Made by a program: the position numbers and the translations under genes
Shown here: one piece after another, positions 48,789-57,599 of the stretch
How the letters are laid out: every line of letters starts with the position of its first letter
How positions within the stretch are numbered: position 1 is the stretch's first letter
Assembly (NCBI GenBank): GCA_963734535.1
Contig: CAVTHS010000004.1
Coordinates: 1 to 64,000, forward strand
Source of the DNA: an uncultured Chloroflexia bacterium
Lineage (GTDB): Bacteria > Chloroflexota > Limnocylindria > Limnocylindrales > CSP1-4
Reading direction: 5' to 3'
Length of the DNA: 64,000 nt
Notes under the pieces: model-generated
Database searches by the model: none
What the model was told of the DNA's origin: nothing
The model's input: the letters and a program-made list of their open reading frames with translations, nothing else

Positions 48789-50228
48789 TCATGCGCTCGA
48801 CGCGGCCAGGTCCGCGTACAGCTCGACCAGCCGCGCGGACTCCGTCTCCCAGTTCCAGCGATCCCGCGCTGCGCCCAGGCAGCGTTCGCGCAGGGCCGCG
48901 CGCTCGTCGGTCGGGCGTCCGAGCAGGCCGGCGATCGATCCGGCGATCGACGCCGGGTCGGTCGGGTCGCAGAGCACGCCCAGCGGCCCGGCCGGGTCCT
49001 CCATGACAATTCGACGCAGCTCGGGCAGGTCGGACGCGACGATCGGGACGCCTGCCGCGAGGGCCTCGAAGAGCTTGTTCGGGGTGGACAGGCGGTGGTT
49101 CAGGGTCGAGTCCTGGATGGGCATCACGGCGACGTCCGCGTCCCGCACCCAGTCGATGAGGACGTCCGGCGACACCGCCGGCAGGACGTGGACGCGGTCG
49201 GCCACCGGTGACGCGGCGGCGAGCGCCCGGAGCTCCGCGGCCTGGGAGCCGTAGCCGAGGAAGACGACGTGGGTCCCATCGAGGACCGGCAGCGCGGCCG
49301 CGGCGACGAGCTCCTCGAGGCCGCGATGCTTCGAGAAGCCGCCGTGGTAGAGCGCCAGCGGAACGTCGGTCCCGATGCCCAGCGCGGCGCGGAGGGGCCC
49401 GGAGACCGGGAGCTGCCGGGGCGCGTCGGCGAGCGGCCCCGGTGCCTCCGGGGCGGGTCCCGGGCGCGGCGGGCAGTTGTGGACCACGACGACGCGGCGT
49501 GGCAGGTAGCGCTCGCCGAGCTCCCGCGCAAGTGCGTCATTGACGGTCACGAGCGCGTCTGCCGCGCCCACCCAGGCGGCCTCCCGCCGGCGGAAGATGC
49601 TGCGCGCCCAGCCCGGTCGCGTGGCGTGCGAACCCGACTCCAGGAAGATCTCGTGGCTGTCATAGACGAGGGCGCCGCCCGCCCGGGCACGCGCGAGGAC
49701 CGCGGCGTGGAGCGCGTTGAGATCGTGGCCGTGGAAGACGTCTGCGCCGGGCGCGGCCGCCGCAGCGGCACGATCCCACTCCTCCGTCGAGGATCGCCAC
49801 CGAACCAGCCAGTCGATGCCGCTGCGGAGCCGCGCGGTGCCGGGCAGCGCGACCGGACCAGGACCATCACGAGCACGCCCGCGACGACGAACGGGAAGGC
49901 CACGAGCGCCGCGATCCCGGCGAGGGCCAGCCTGACCCACCCGAGCGGACCGGCTCGCAGCTGGTCCCGGGCCCACCAGCCGGCCAGGCGCCAGCCCCGC
50001 CACGGCGCCGCGGCAAGCCGGACGCGGCGGCGCCACCGCAGGGGCACGGGGATTCTGGACGATCTCGAATCCGTCGCGCTGCTCCGTCTCGCTCCGCTGG
50101 TCGTTGAGGTCCGACGGGCGCGCCATGATCGTCACCTGGTGACCGGCGCCGACCAGCGTGCCGGCCTCGCGCAGGACGCGCGCGTCCGTTCGGCAGTCGT
50201 TGAGGACGAACATGACGACGCGGCTCAC
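48789..50228 (-). CDS. Glycosyltransferase family 4 with probable compensating frameshifts (~50055 and ~49850)
   Basis: DARVLREA, HGHDL, YDSHE, STPNKLFEALAAGVP; the middle segment reads better in the alternative frame (ORF 49547-50047). Confidence 0.88.
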   Translation of the reverse strand: MSRVVMFVLNDCRTDARVLREAGTLVGAGHQVTIMARPSDLNDQRSETEQRDGFEIVQNPRAPAVAPPRPACRGAVAGLAPGRLVGPGPAASRSARVGQAGPRRDRGARGLPVRRRGRARDGPGPVALPGTARLRSGIDWLVRWRSSTEEWDRAAAAAAPGADVFHGHDLNALHAAVLARARAGGALVYDSHEIFLESGSHATRPGWARSIFRRREAAWVGAADALVTVNDALARELGERYLPRRVVVVHNCPPRPGPAPEAPGPLADAPRQLPVSGPLRAALGIGTDVPLALYHGGFSKHRGLEELVAAAALPVLDGTHVVFLGYGSQAAELRALAAASPVADRVHVLPAVSPDVLIDWVRDADVAVMPIQDSTLNHRLSTPNKLFEALAAGVPIVASDLPELRRIVMEDPAGPLGVLCDPTDPASIAGSIAGLLGRPTDERAALRERCLGAARDRWNWETESARLVELYADLAASSA

Positions 50229-51346
50229 GCGGCCCCCTCGGCGGCGGCGAGCGCCGCGACGATGGCCCCCGCGGCGCCTGACGGCGCGAGGTCGAGCGAC
50301 GCAGCACGGGCCCGGGCATCTTCCGCAGACCCGTTCGGCGATGCAAGCCGGTCCAGCGCATCCCGCGCACGGTCCGCATCCAGCCCCACGAGCACCATCC
50401 GGCCGCCCGACCCGCCGACCGCCTCGGACCACTCGGTCGTGGACCGCAGCACCAGGCACGGCGTGCCCAGCCAGGCGGCCTCGCGCTGGACCCCGCCCGA
50501 GTCCGTGAGGATCGCGGCGGCGTGCAGCTGCAGCGTCAGCGTGGTCCGGTAACCCAGGGGCTCCACGACGCGGACGCCAGGCGGCAGGACGACACCCGCC
50601 TCGTCGAGGGCGGCACGGGTCCCCGGATGGAGCGCGAGGATGACCGGCCTGCCCGGGCGGGCGGCACTCGCGAGGATGCCGGGCCAGGTCGCGAGCGCCC
50701 CCGGCGTCCGGTTCTCCGCGCGGTGGATGGTCGCGAACAGGTACCCGCCCGGGGAGAGCGGGATGCCCAGGCGCGACGCGAGGGCCGCAAGCGCAGCCGC
50801 GTCCCGGACCTCCGCGACGGTGCGCGACGCGAGGTCCTGCATCAGGTCGCCCACCTCCACCACGCCGATGGTGATCCCTTCGGCCGCGAGATTCGCCACG
50901 GCCGTGGGGGTCGGCGCGAAGCACCATGTCGCCAGGTGGTCGGCGACGACGCGGTTGATCTCCTCGGGCATGCGCCGGTCGAAGCTGCGAAGGCCCGCCT
51001 CGACGTGCGCCACCGGGATCCCCAGCTTCGCCGCGGCGAGCGCCCCGGCCAGCGTCGAGTTCGTGTCGCCGTAGACAAGGACGGCGTCGGGCCGCTCGGC
51101 GACCAGGATCGGCTCGAGGGCTTCGAGCATCCGCCCGGTCTGGTCGGCGTGCCCTCCGCCGCCGACCCCGAGGCTGTGGTCGGGCCGGGGCAGGCCCAGC
51201 TCCGCGAAGAACGCGCCAGCCATCCGCTCGTCCCAGTGCTGCCCGGTGTCGACGAAGACCTCGGCATGGCGGTCGCGCAGGGCCGGCCCGAGGGCCGCGG
51301 CCTTGATGAGCTGCGGGCGGGTTCCCACGACGCTGACGATGCGCAT
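50225..51346 (-). CDS. wecB: UDP-N-acetylglucosamine 2-epimerase family, non-hydrolysing (WecB/WbpI-like)
   Basis: GTRPQ.IK, TGQH, YGDTNST, HVEAGLRS, MPEEINR, TDSGGVQREA. Confidence 0.95.
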   Translation of the reverse strand: MRIVSVVGTRPQLIKAAALGPALRDRHAEVFVDTGQHWDERMAGAFFAELGLPRPDHSLGVGGGGHADQTGRMLEALEPILVAERPDAVLVYGDTNSTLAGALAAAKLGIPVAHVEAGLRSFDRRMPEEINRVVADHLATWCFAPTPTAVANLAAEGITIGVVEVGDLMQDLASRTVAEVRDAAALAALASRLGIPLSPGGYLFATIHRAENRTPGALATWPGILASAARPGRPVILALHPGTRAALDEAGVVLPPGVRVVEPLGYRTTLTLQLHAAAILTDSGGVQREAAWLGTPCLVLRSTTEWSEAVGGSGGRMVLVGLDADRARDALDRLASPNGSAEDARARAASLDLAPSGAAGAIVAALAAAEGAA

Positions 51347-51370
51347 GGGCGTCGGAAGCCGGGTCCCCGG

Positions 51371-52795
51371 CTAGCCGCCGGCGACGCTGCGGGTCGAGGC
51401 CTGCACGCCCACGCCGACGTAGGCGACGTCCCCGGGAAGGGCCAGCGCGCGGAGGCTGTTGCGTCCGTCGTAGATGGCCCGAAGATCGGGGAACCAGGCG
51501 GCGTCGAGCGCCGCGAAGGCGCGGTCCGCGGTCTGCGTCACGATGGCCCGGAATGGGCCGGGCTCGCCCCAGTGCCACGGCTCGGCACCGAGCGCCCGGA
51601 TCTCCTCGTCAGCGAGGAGCGGGTCGAACGCGGAGACGCGCGCCCCGGCTGCCCGCAGCGCGTCGATCACGGCGATCGCGCGGCTGTAGGCAAGCTCCTT
51701 CACGCCCTCGCGGTAGGTCATCCCGAGGACGAGAACGGGAGTCCCGGCGAGGCCGCCGACCAGCGGGTCGAGGGCGGCGAGCGCCCGGTCGACCTGGCCG
51801 TCGTTGACCCGGCGCGCGGTCTCGACAACGGAGAGGCCAGGGGCGCGGGCGAGGAGCAGGTGCGGGTAGACCGGGATGCAGTGCCCCCCGACGCCGATGC
51901 CGGGCTGGTGGATGTGGCTGTACGGCTGGCTGTTGGCGGCCGCGATCACCTCCTGCACGTCGATCCCGTGCAGGTCGGCGGCGCGGGCGAACTCGTTCGC
52001 CAGCGCGATGTTCACGTCGCGGTACGTCGTGTCGGCGAGCTTGGAGAACTCGGCCGCCTCGGAGCTGCTCATCGCCACGACCTCGGCGTCGAGCACGCTC
52101 GCATAGAAGCGCGCAGCCCGGTCCGTCGATGCCGCGCCGATCCCGCCCACGAGCTTCGGGTAGACGGCGAGATTCTCGAGGACGGCGCCCGAGAAGAGCC
52201 GTTCGGGCGAGAAGGCCACGAAGAAGTCGCGATCCGCGACCAGCCCGGACGCGGCTTCGAGCGCCGGGGCGAAGCGCTGACGCGTGTCGCCGAGGGGGAG
52301 CGTCGTCTCGAAGATCACGGTGCTCCCGGCGTGGACCCCGGGCGCGATCGAGGCGACCGCTGCATCCATGTACCGGTAGTCGGGCCGCTGCTCGGCGTCG
52401 AGCATCACGGGCACGATGAGCACGACCACGTCCGCCTCGCGCGCGGCCGCTGCCGCATCGAGGGTGGCGCGCAACAGGCCCTCGGCGTGGACCCGGCTCA
52501 CGAGCTCCGCGAGGCCGGGCTCGTCGCCGACGTGCGAGCGGCCGGCGTTGATCGTCGCGACGACATCGGGGTTGATGTCCACCGCGATGACCGACCAGCC
52601 GTGCGTCGCGAACTGCGCCGCGAGCGGCAGGCCCATCTTGCCGGCCCCGACCACCGCGACGATGCCCGCGGTCGCCTCCTCGCCGGTCCAGCGGTGGACG
52701 AGGTGTGCCGGGGCGTGGCGACACGGGTTCGGCGTGACGTGGATCGACCCGCCGAGCATCGACGCGCCGGCGGACGGGCGCCCGACGATGGTCAT
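51371..52795 (-). CDS. UDP-N-acetylhexosamine 6-dehydrogenase (WbpA/WecC/TviB-like)
   Basis: GAGKMG, FSPER, YRDVNIALANE, PGIGVGGHCIP. Confidence 0.93.
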   Translation of the reverse strand: MTIVGRPSAGASMLGGSIHVTPNPCRHAPAHLVHRWTGEEATAGIVAVVGAGKMGLPLAAQFATHGWSVIAVDINPDVVATINAGRSHVGDEPGLAELVSRVHAEGLLRATLDAAAAAREADVVVLIVPVMLDAEQRPDYRYMDAAVASIAPGVHAGSTVIFETTLPLGDTRQRFAPALEAASGLVADRDFFVAFSPERLFSGAVLENLAVYPKLVGGIGAASTDRAARFYASVLDAEVVAMSSSEAAEFSKLADTTYRDVNIALANEFARAADLHGIDVQEVIAAANSQPYSHIHQPGIGVGGHCIPVYPHLLLARAPGLSVVETARRVNDGQVDRALAALDPLVGGLAGTPVLVLGMTYREGVKELAYSRAIAVIDALRAAGARVSAFDPLLADEEIRALGAEPWHWGEPGPFRAIVTQTADRAFAALDAAWFPDLRAIYDGRNSLRALALPGDVAYVGVGVQASTRSVAGG

Positions 52796-53817
52796 TCGCC
52801 CAGCTTCCCGTCCGGCGGCAGGTCCACCGGGCGCCTCGTTGCGGCCGCGTCGAGGAGCGCGGTGGCCATCACCACCGCCCAGGCGCCATCCTCGCCGTCG
52901 ACATATGGGCGCTCCCCCGTCCTGACGGCCCGGACGAACGCGTCCAGCTGGGCGGCGAGCGGCTCGTGGGTCTCGACCGGGATCTCGGCGACGTCGCCGG
53001 CGAACGTCGGCGCGTAGCCGCCGAGAAGCTCGGGGTGCGCGAGGTCGGAGCGCGTGAAGGTCAGGCGCTGGGTCAGGTAATCGAGCTCGAACATGCCCTC
53101 TTCCCCGACGACGACCAGCTGGCGCCGCTTGGCGGGCGTGAGCCAGTTCACGTCGAGCATCCCGGCCGCCCCGGACGGGAAGTGGAGCAGGCCGAAGAGC
53201 AGGTCCTCGTGGGAGGCGTGCTTGCGCTTCGCGAGCTCCGCGTAGACGCGGGTTGGGCGCTCGCCCGCGATCCAGCACAGCATGTCCACGTCGTGGGTGG
53301 CGAGGTCCACCGTCACCCCGACGTCGCGGACGCGGGCGGGAAACGGGCCGGCGCGGCGGCTCGCGATCGAGTAGACCGTGGTCAGCCAGCGCGCGTGGAG
53401 GAGCCGCCCGAGCTCGAGGACCGCGGGGTTGTAGCGCTCCACGTGGCCCACCTGGACCGGGACGCCCGAGGCCCTGGCGGTGCGCACGATCCCGAGCGCC
53501 TCGGCCGGCGTTGCCGCCAGCGGCTTCTCGACGAGGATCGGGATGCCGCGCTCGATCGCCGCGAGCGCCAGCGCGACGTGGGCGGTCGTCGGCGCAGCGA
53601 TCACCAGCGCGTCGATCTCGGCCTCGTTGACCATCGCGATCGGGTCGCCCCAGCCCGCTGCGCCGGTCTGCCGGGTCGCCGCGCCGAGCATCTCGGGATC
53701 GGGGTCCCCTACCGCCACGAGCCGGCACTCCGGATGGGCGGCGATGACGCGGAGGTGGTTGCGGCCCATCGAGCCGAGGCCGGCCAGGGCGACGCGGAGC
53801 GGCGCGGGCGTGCTCAT
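52792..53817 (-). CDS. Gfo/Idh/MocA oxidoreductase (WbpB/GnnA-like sugar 3-dehydrogenase)
   Basis: GLGSMGRNH, EKP, GHVERYNPA, DLATHDVD. Confidence 0.92.
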   Translation of the reverse strand: MSTPAPLRVALAGLGSMGRNHLRVIAAHPECRLVAVGDPDPEMLGAATRQTGAAGWGDPIAMVNEAEIDALVIAAPTTAHVALALAAIERGIPILVEKPLAATPAEALGIVRTARASGVPVQVGHVERYNPAVLELGRLLHARWLTTVYSIASRRAGPFPARVRDVGVTVDLATHDVDMLCWIAGERPTRVYAELAKRKHASHEDLLFGLLHFPSGAAGMLDVNWLTPAKRRQLVVVGEEGMFELDYLTQRLTFTRSDLAHPELLGGYAPTFAGDVAEIPVETHEPLAAQLDAFVRAVRTGERPYVDGEDGAWAVVMATALLDAAATRRPVDLPPDGKLGE

Positions 53818-53845
53818 CGGCGCCGGGCCGGCTCGGTCATCGTCT

Positions 53846-54943
53846 TCATCGCCCCGCGCCCGGAGTTGCCACCGCGCGGATCGCGGCCACGATCGCCTCG
53901 AGATCCTCCTGGGACAGCCGCGGGTGGACCGGGACGGCGAGCACCTCGTCGGAGAGCCGGTCCGTGACCGGCAGCGGCAGGTCCGCGGCGCCGGGAAGGT
54001 AGGCCTGGAGGTAGGCCTGGCGATGGATCGGAACCGGGTAGTAGATGAGGGTGCCGATGCCGCGCTCGGCGAGGCCGTCGATCACCTGCTGGCGCTCCCC
54101 CGGGAAGCGCATCACGTACTGGTGCCAGACGTGGCCGCGACCGGCGGGCTCGGTCGGGACCAGGTAGTCGGCGCCCAGGTGCTCGGTCAGGAAGGCGGCG
54201 TTCCGGCGGCGCTGCTCGGTGCGCTCGTCGAGCCGGCCCAGCTGGGCGAGCCCGAGCGCCGCGGCGAGGTCGGTGGGCTTGAAGTTCGTGCCCAGCGCTT
54301 CGTGGTGGTAGCGGACCCGCATGCCGTGGTTGCGGAAGAGACGCAGGCGATCGGCCACCTCGTCGTCGTCGGTCGTCGCGAAGCCGCCCTCGCCCGTCAT
54401 CAGGTTCTTGGTGGCATACAGGCTGAACATGGCGGCGCCGAACCGGCCCGCGCGCTTCCCGCCGTACGTCGCGCCGTGCGCCTGGGCCGCGTCCTCGACG
54501 AGCTGCAGGCCGTGGCGCACCGCGATCGCCGCAAGCGGGTCCATGTCCGCCATGAGGCCGTACAGGTGGACCGGCAGGATCGCCTTCGTGCGCGGCGTGA
54601 TCGCGGCTTCCACGAGCGCGGGGTCCATGCAGAAGTCGTCCGAGCGGATGTCGATGAGGACCGGCGTCGCGCCGACGCGGAGGATGGCGCTGACCGTCGC
54701 GTTGAAGCTGAAGGAGACCGTGATCACCTCGTCGCCGGGGCCGATCCCGAGCGCGTGGAGGATCGCCTCGAGGGCAACGGTGCCGTTGGTCATCAGGATC
54801 GCATGCCCCACGCCGCAATAGGCGGCCCAAGCCTCCTCGAAGGCGGCGGTCCGCTTCCCCATCGCGAGCATGCCGGAGCGCAGGACCTCGAGGACGGCCT
54901 CCTCTTCGGCGGGGCCGATGTCGGGGCGGGAGATCGGGATCAC
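53846..54943 (-). CDS. DegT/DnrJ family sugar aminotransferase (WbpE/GnnB-like)
   Basis: NGT.AL, PVHLYG, EDAAQAHGA, SLYATKN..TGEGG. Confidence 0.95.
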   Translation of the reverse strand: MIPISRPDIGPAEEEAVLEVLRSGMLAMGKRTAAFEEAWAAYCGVGHAILMTNGTVALEAILHALGIGPGDEVITVSFSFNATVSAILRVGATPVLIDIRSDDFCMDPALVEAAITPRTKAILPVHLYGLMADMDPLAAIAVRHGLQLVEDAAQAHGATYGGKRAGRFGAAMFSLYATKNLMTGEGGFATTDDDEVADRLRLFRNHGMRVRYHHEALGTNFKPTDLAAALGLAQLGRLDERTEQRRRNAAFLTEHLGADYLVPTEPAGRGHVWHQYVMRFPGERQQVIDGLAERGIGTLIYYPVPIHRQAYLQAYLPGAADLPLPVTDRLSDEVLAVPVHPRLSQEDLEAIVAAIRAVATPGAGR

Positions 54944-55581
54944 AGGACGGCTTCCTCCGGTACGGCGACGCAGGAGTCCCGGTCGATCCGGAAGCGGGTC
55001 CCGCAGGACGGGCAGGCGGCGTCGCCCACGAGATCGCCGGGCGCCGGCAGGTCCCCCGCGGCGCGGAGGCGCTGGCCGCAGAAGCAGACCCAGCCCATGC
55101 GCCGGGCCGGGTTGCCGGCCACGAGGGCATGATCGGGCACGTCGCGGGTGACGACCGCGCCCGCGCCGACGGTGGCGAACGTGCCGACCACGGTCCCCGC
55201 CACGACCACGGCCCCCGCCCCGATCGAGCATCCCCGCCGCAGCAGGATCGGGCTGACGGTCCAGTCGTCCGCGCGGGCCAGCTCGCCGGATCGCGTGATC
55301 GCGCGCGGGAAGCGGTCGTTGGTGAGGATCGCGTTCGGGCCGATGAAGACGCCATCCTCGACGCTCACGCCGTGGTAGATGAGCGCAGCGTTCTGGATCT
55401 TGACGCGGTCGCCGATCGTGACTCCCTCGTCGATGAACGCGTCGCGCCCGATGATGCACTCGGCGCCGATGCGCGCCCCGGTGCGGACCTGGGCCCGGTG
55501 CCAGACGCTGGAGCCGGCACCGACGCGGACGCCGGGCTCGAGGTCCGCGGTCGGATGAATTCGGGCAGAGGGATCGATCAC
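54940..55581 (-). CDS. Hexapeptide-repeat N-acetyltransferase (WbpD/WlbB-like)
   Basis: IHPTA, VKIQN, VFIGP...TND, GNPAR..GWVC.CG with C-terminal CxxC. Confidence 0.93.
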   Translation of the reverse strand: MIDPSARIHPTADLEPGVRVGAGSSVWHRAQVRTGARIGAECIIGRDAFIDEGVTIGDRVKIQNAALIYHGVSVEDGVFIGPNAILTNDRFPRAITRSGELARADDWTVSPILLRRGCSIGAGAVVVAGTVVGTFATVGAGAVVTRDVPDHALVAGNPARRMGWVCFCGQRLRAAGDLPAPGDLVGDAACPSCGTRFRIDRDSCVAVPEEAVL

Positions 55582-55655
55582 GTGCGGTCTGCGGCCTCCT
55601 GTCGGGTCGCGCAGGCGCGGGGCGAACGGATGATCGCGCGCGGACCGGGGTGTTG

Positions 55656-55661
55656 AGTATA
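55656..55661 (-). promoter_or_regulatory. Putative -10 element (TATACT) of the sugar-biosynthesis operon
   Basis: Near-consensus AT-rich hexamer about 75 nt upstream of the first gene, in very GC-rich DNA. Confidence 0.5.
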
Positions 55662-55677
55662 CAGGCGGGACCGGCGG

Positions 55678-56292
55678 TCACGCCTTGTGACGGGCAACCC
55701 GGAACACGGCGGCCAGCGCCCCGAACACGGCGGCGAGGGCGAGCGCGCCGCGCCAGTCGAGGAGAACCTTCGGGTTGCCGTCGACCCGGCGCGCGAGGAC
55801 GAAGCCGATCGCCGTGGTCGGGCCGACCTGCACCTGGTTGGCTACGACAGACCGGACGATGGACTGCTCGATGCGCACGTCCTGCGCGAGGACCGATCGC
55901 ACCACGCCCTGGGAGACGCTCGCCTCGCGCGCGGCGATGCCACCCACGAAACCCATCTCCACGGACGCATGGTCTCCGGCGATCCCGCCGACGACGCCGC
56001 TGCGGACGTGGACATCCTGCGCACGAATTCCGCCGACGGCGCCGCGCGCGAGCTCGACCGCAGCCGGCATCGGCGGAACGAGCGGGGCCCGCTTCGATGC
56101 AAGGGACGCCCGGGTTTCGGCCGCGGGCGTCGTGCCGGCCTCAGCCACGCCGGGCGCTGGCGCGTCGGCGGCGGGCGTTGGGGACGTGGGCGCGTCGGAC
56201 GCCGGCGCGTCGGGCGCTGATGCGGCGTGCGCGGAGCGTCGGCCGCGCCTCGGCGGGATGTCGCCGGGTGCGAGGATGGGCTCGTCGGTCAT
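55678..56292 (-). CDS. Hypothetical protein with 15-aa periodic beta-solenoid-like region and C-terminal TM
   Basis: GAVGGIRAQDVHVRS / GVVGGIAGDHASVEM / GFVGGIAAREASVSQ / GVVRSVLAQDVRIEQ / SIVRSVVANQVQVGP; AGGAG RBS. Confidence 0.8.
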   Translation of the reverse strand: MTDEPILAPGDIPPRRGRRSAHAASAPDAPASDAPTSPTPAADAPAPGVAEAGTTPAAETRASLASKRAPLVPPMPAAVELARGAVGGIRAQDVHVRSGVVGGIAGDHASVEMGFVGGIAAREASVSQGVVRSVLAQDVRIEQSIVRSVVANQVQVGPTTAIGFVLARRVDGNPKVLLDWRGALALAAVFGALAAVFRVARHKA

Positions 56293-56390
56293 CGGATTCT
56301 CCTCGCCGAGCGCCAGCAGCGCCGAATGCGCCCGGTCCCCACCAGCCTACTGCGACGGCCGCCTGTCCGGCGGGGTATCCTGCCGACCGC

Positions 56391-57599
56391 ATGCGTGGAC
56401 GAACCGTCGGCCTGATCCTCACGGGCGTCGTGGCTGCGGTCGCCATGGCCGCCGCGGCCCTGGCCGGGCCGGCGCCCCTGAACCCCGCCATGCCTGGAGG
56501 GACGGCATCCATCGGCGCCCCAACGTCCGCGGCAGCATCGCCGACCGCCGGCCCGGCCGCAGCGGCCTCGAGCTCCCCGTCAGTGAGCCCGCTGGCCCCT
56601 CCGTCCCCGAGCGTGGCCCCGAGCCCGGCGCCGGCCCTGGTGCCCGCCCCGCTGACCGGGCGGATGGTCACACCCGCGCTCGCCGCACGCCATCCGATCG
56701 CCGTCATGGTCGACGACCACGCGGACGCACGGCCGCAGTCGGGCTTCAACGCGGCCTCGGTCGTCTGGCAGGCGCCGGCCGAAGGCGGCATTCCGCGCTA
56801 CATGCTGATCTTCGGCGAGGGCGACCCACCGGCGGTCGGGCCTGTCCGCAGCTCGCGCCTCTACTTCATCACCTGGGCCGCCGAATGGCACGCGCTCTAC
56901 GTCCACGTCGGCGGCTCGCCCCAGGCCCTGGCGACGCTCGCCGCGTCCGGTTCCGGCCAGCTCGTCTACAACGCCGACGAGTTCCGCTGGGGCGGAACCT
57001 ACCTGTGGCGGATCACGCAGCGGTTCCCGCCCCACAACGTGTACACGGACGGGAAGCATCTCCGCGCCCTCGCCAGCCGGGTCGGGGCCACGGCGCCCGC
57101 GGCCGGGCCCGCGTGGATCTTCGCTCCGGGAGCGCCCCTCGCCGAGCGTCCCGCCGACGCCCGCCTGGAGATCACGTACCCGGCCAGCCAGGTGGCCTAT
57201 CGCTACGATCGCGCCTCGAACACGTACCTCCGCTTCGTTGGCGGGCAGCCGCAGGTCGACGCCGGTGATGGGCGCCAGGTCGCCCCGGCGAACGTCGTCG
57301 TGATGACGGTGGTCTTCGGGCCGCTCAACGACGGAAACCCGAGCAAGCAGCGCCTGGAAGCCCAGGTCGTCGGCAAGGGGCCCGCCTGGATCGCCGCCAA
57401 CGGCATCACGATCCGCGGCACCTGGCGCAAGGCATCGAACGACGGCCCCACCCGCTTCTACGGGAGCGACGGGAAGGAGGTCACCCTCACCGTCGGCCAG
57501 ACGTTCATCCAGGTCGTGCCCCCCGGCACACCCGTCCGCATCGTCGCGGGCACTCGCGTCATCGAGACCCCGCCCGGGACCGGACACGCCCGCACCTAG
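56391..57599 (+). CDS. DUF3048 (YerB-like) domain exported protein
   Basis: PLTG, PIAVMVDD...ARPQSG, EGGIPRY, GPVRSSR, HVGGS, PHNVY. Confidence 0.9.
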   Translation: MRGRTVGLILTGVVAAVAMAAAALAGPAPLNPAMPGGTASIGAPTSAAASPTAGPAAAASSSPSVSPLAPPSPSVAPSPAPALVPAPLTGRMVTPALAARHPIAVMVDDHADARPQSGFNAASVVWQAPAEGGIPRYMLIFGEGDPPAVGPVRSSRLYFITWAAEWHALYVHVGGSPQALATLAASGSGQLVYNADEFRWGGTYLWRITQRFPPHNVYTDGKHLRALASRVGATAPAAGPAWIFAPGAPLAERPADARLEITYPASQVAYRYDRASNTYLRFVGGQPQVDAGDGRQVAPANVVVMTVVFGPLNDGNPSKQRLEAQVVGKGPAWIAANGITIRGTWRKASNDGPTRFYGSDGKEVTLTVGQTFIQVVPPGTPVRIVAGTRVIETPPGTGHART

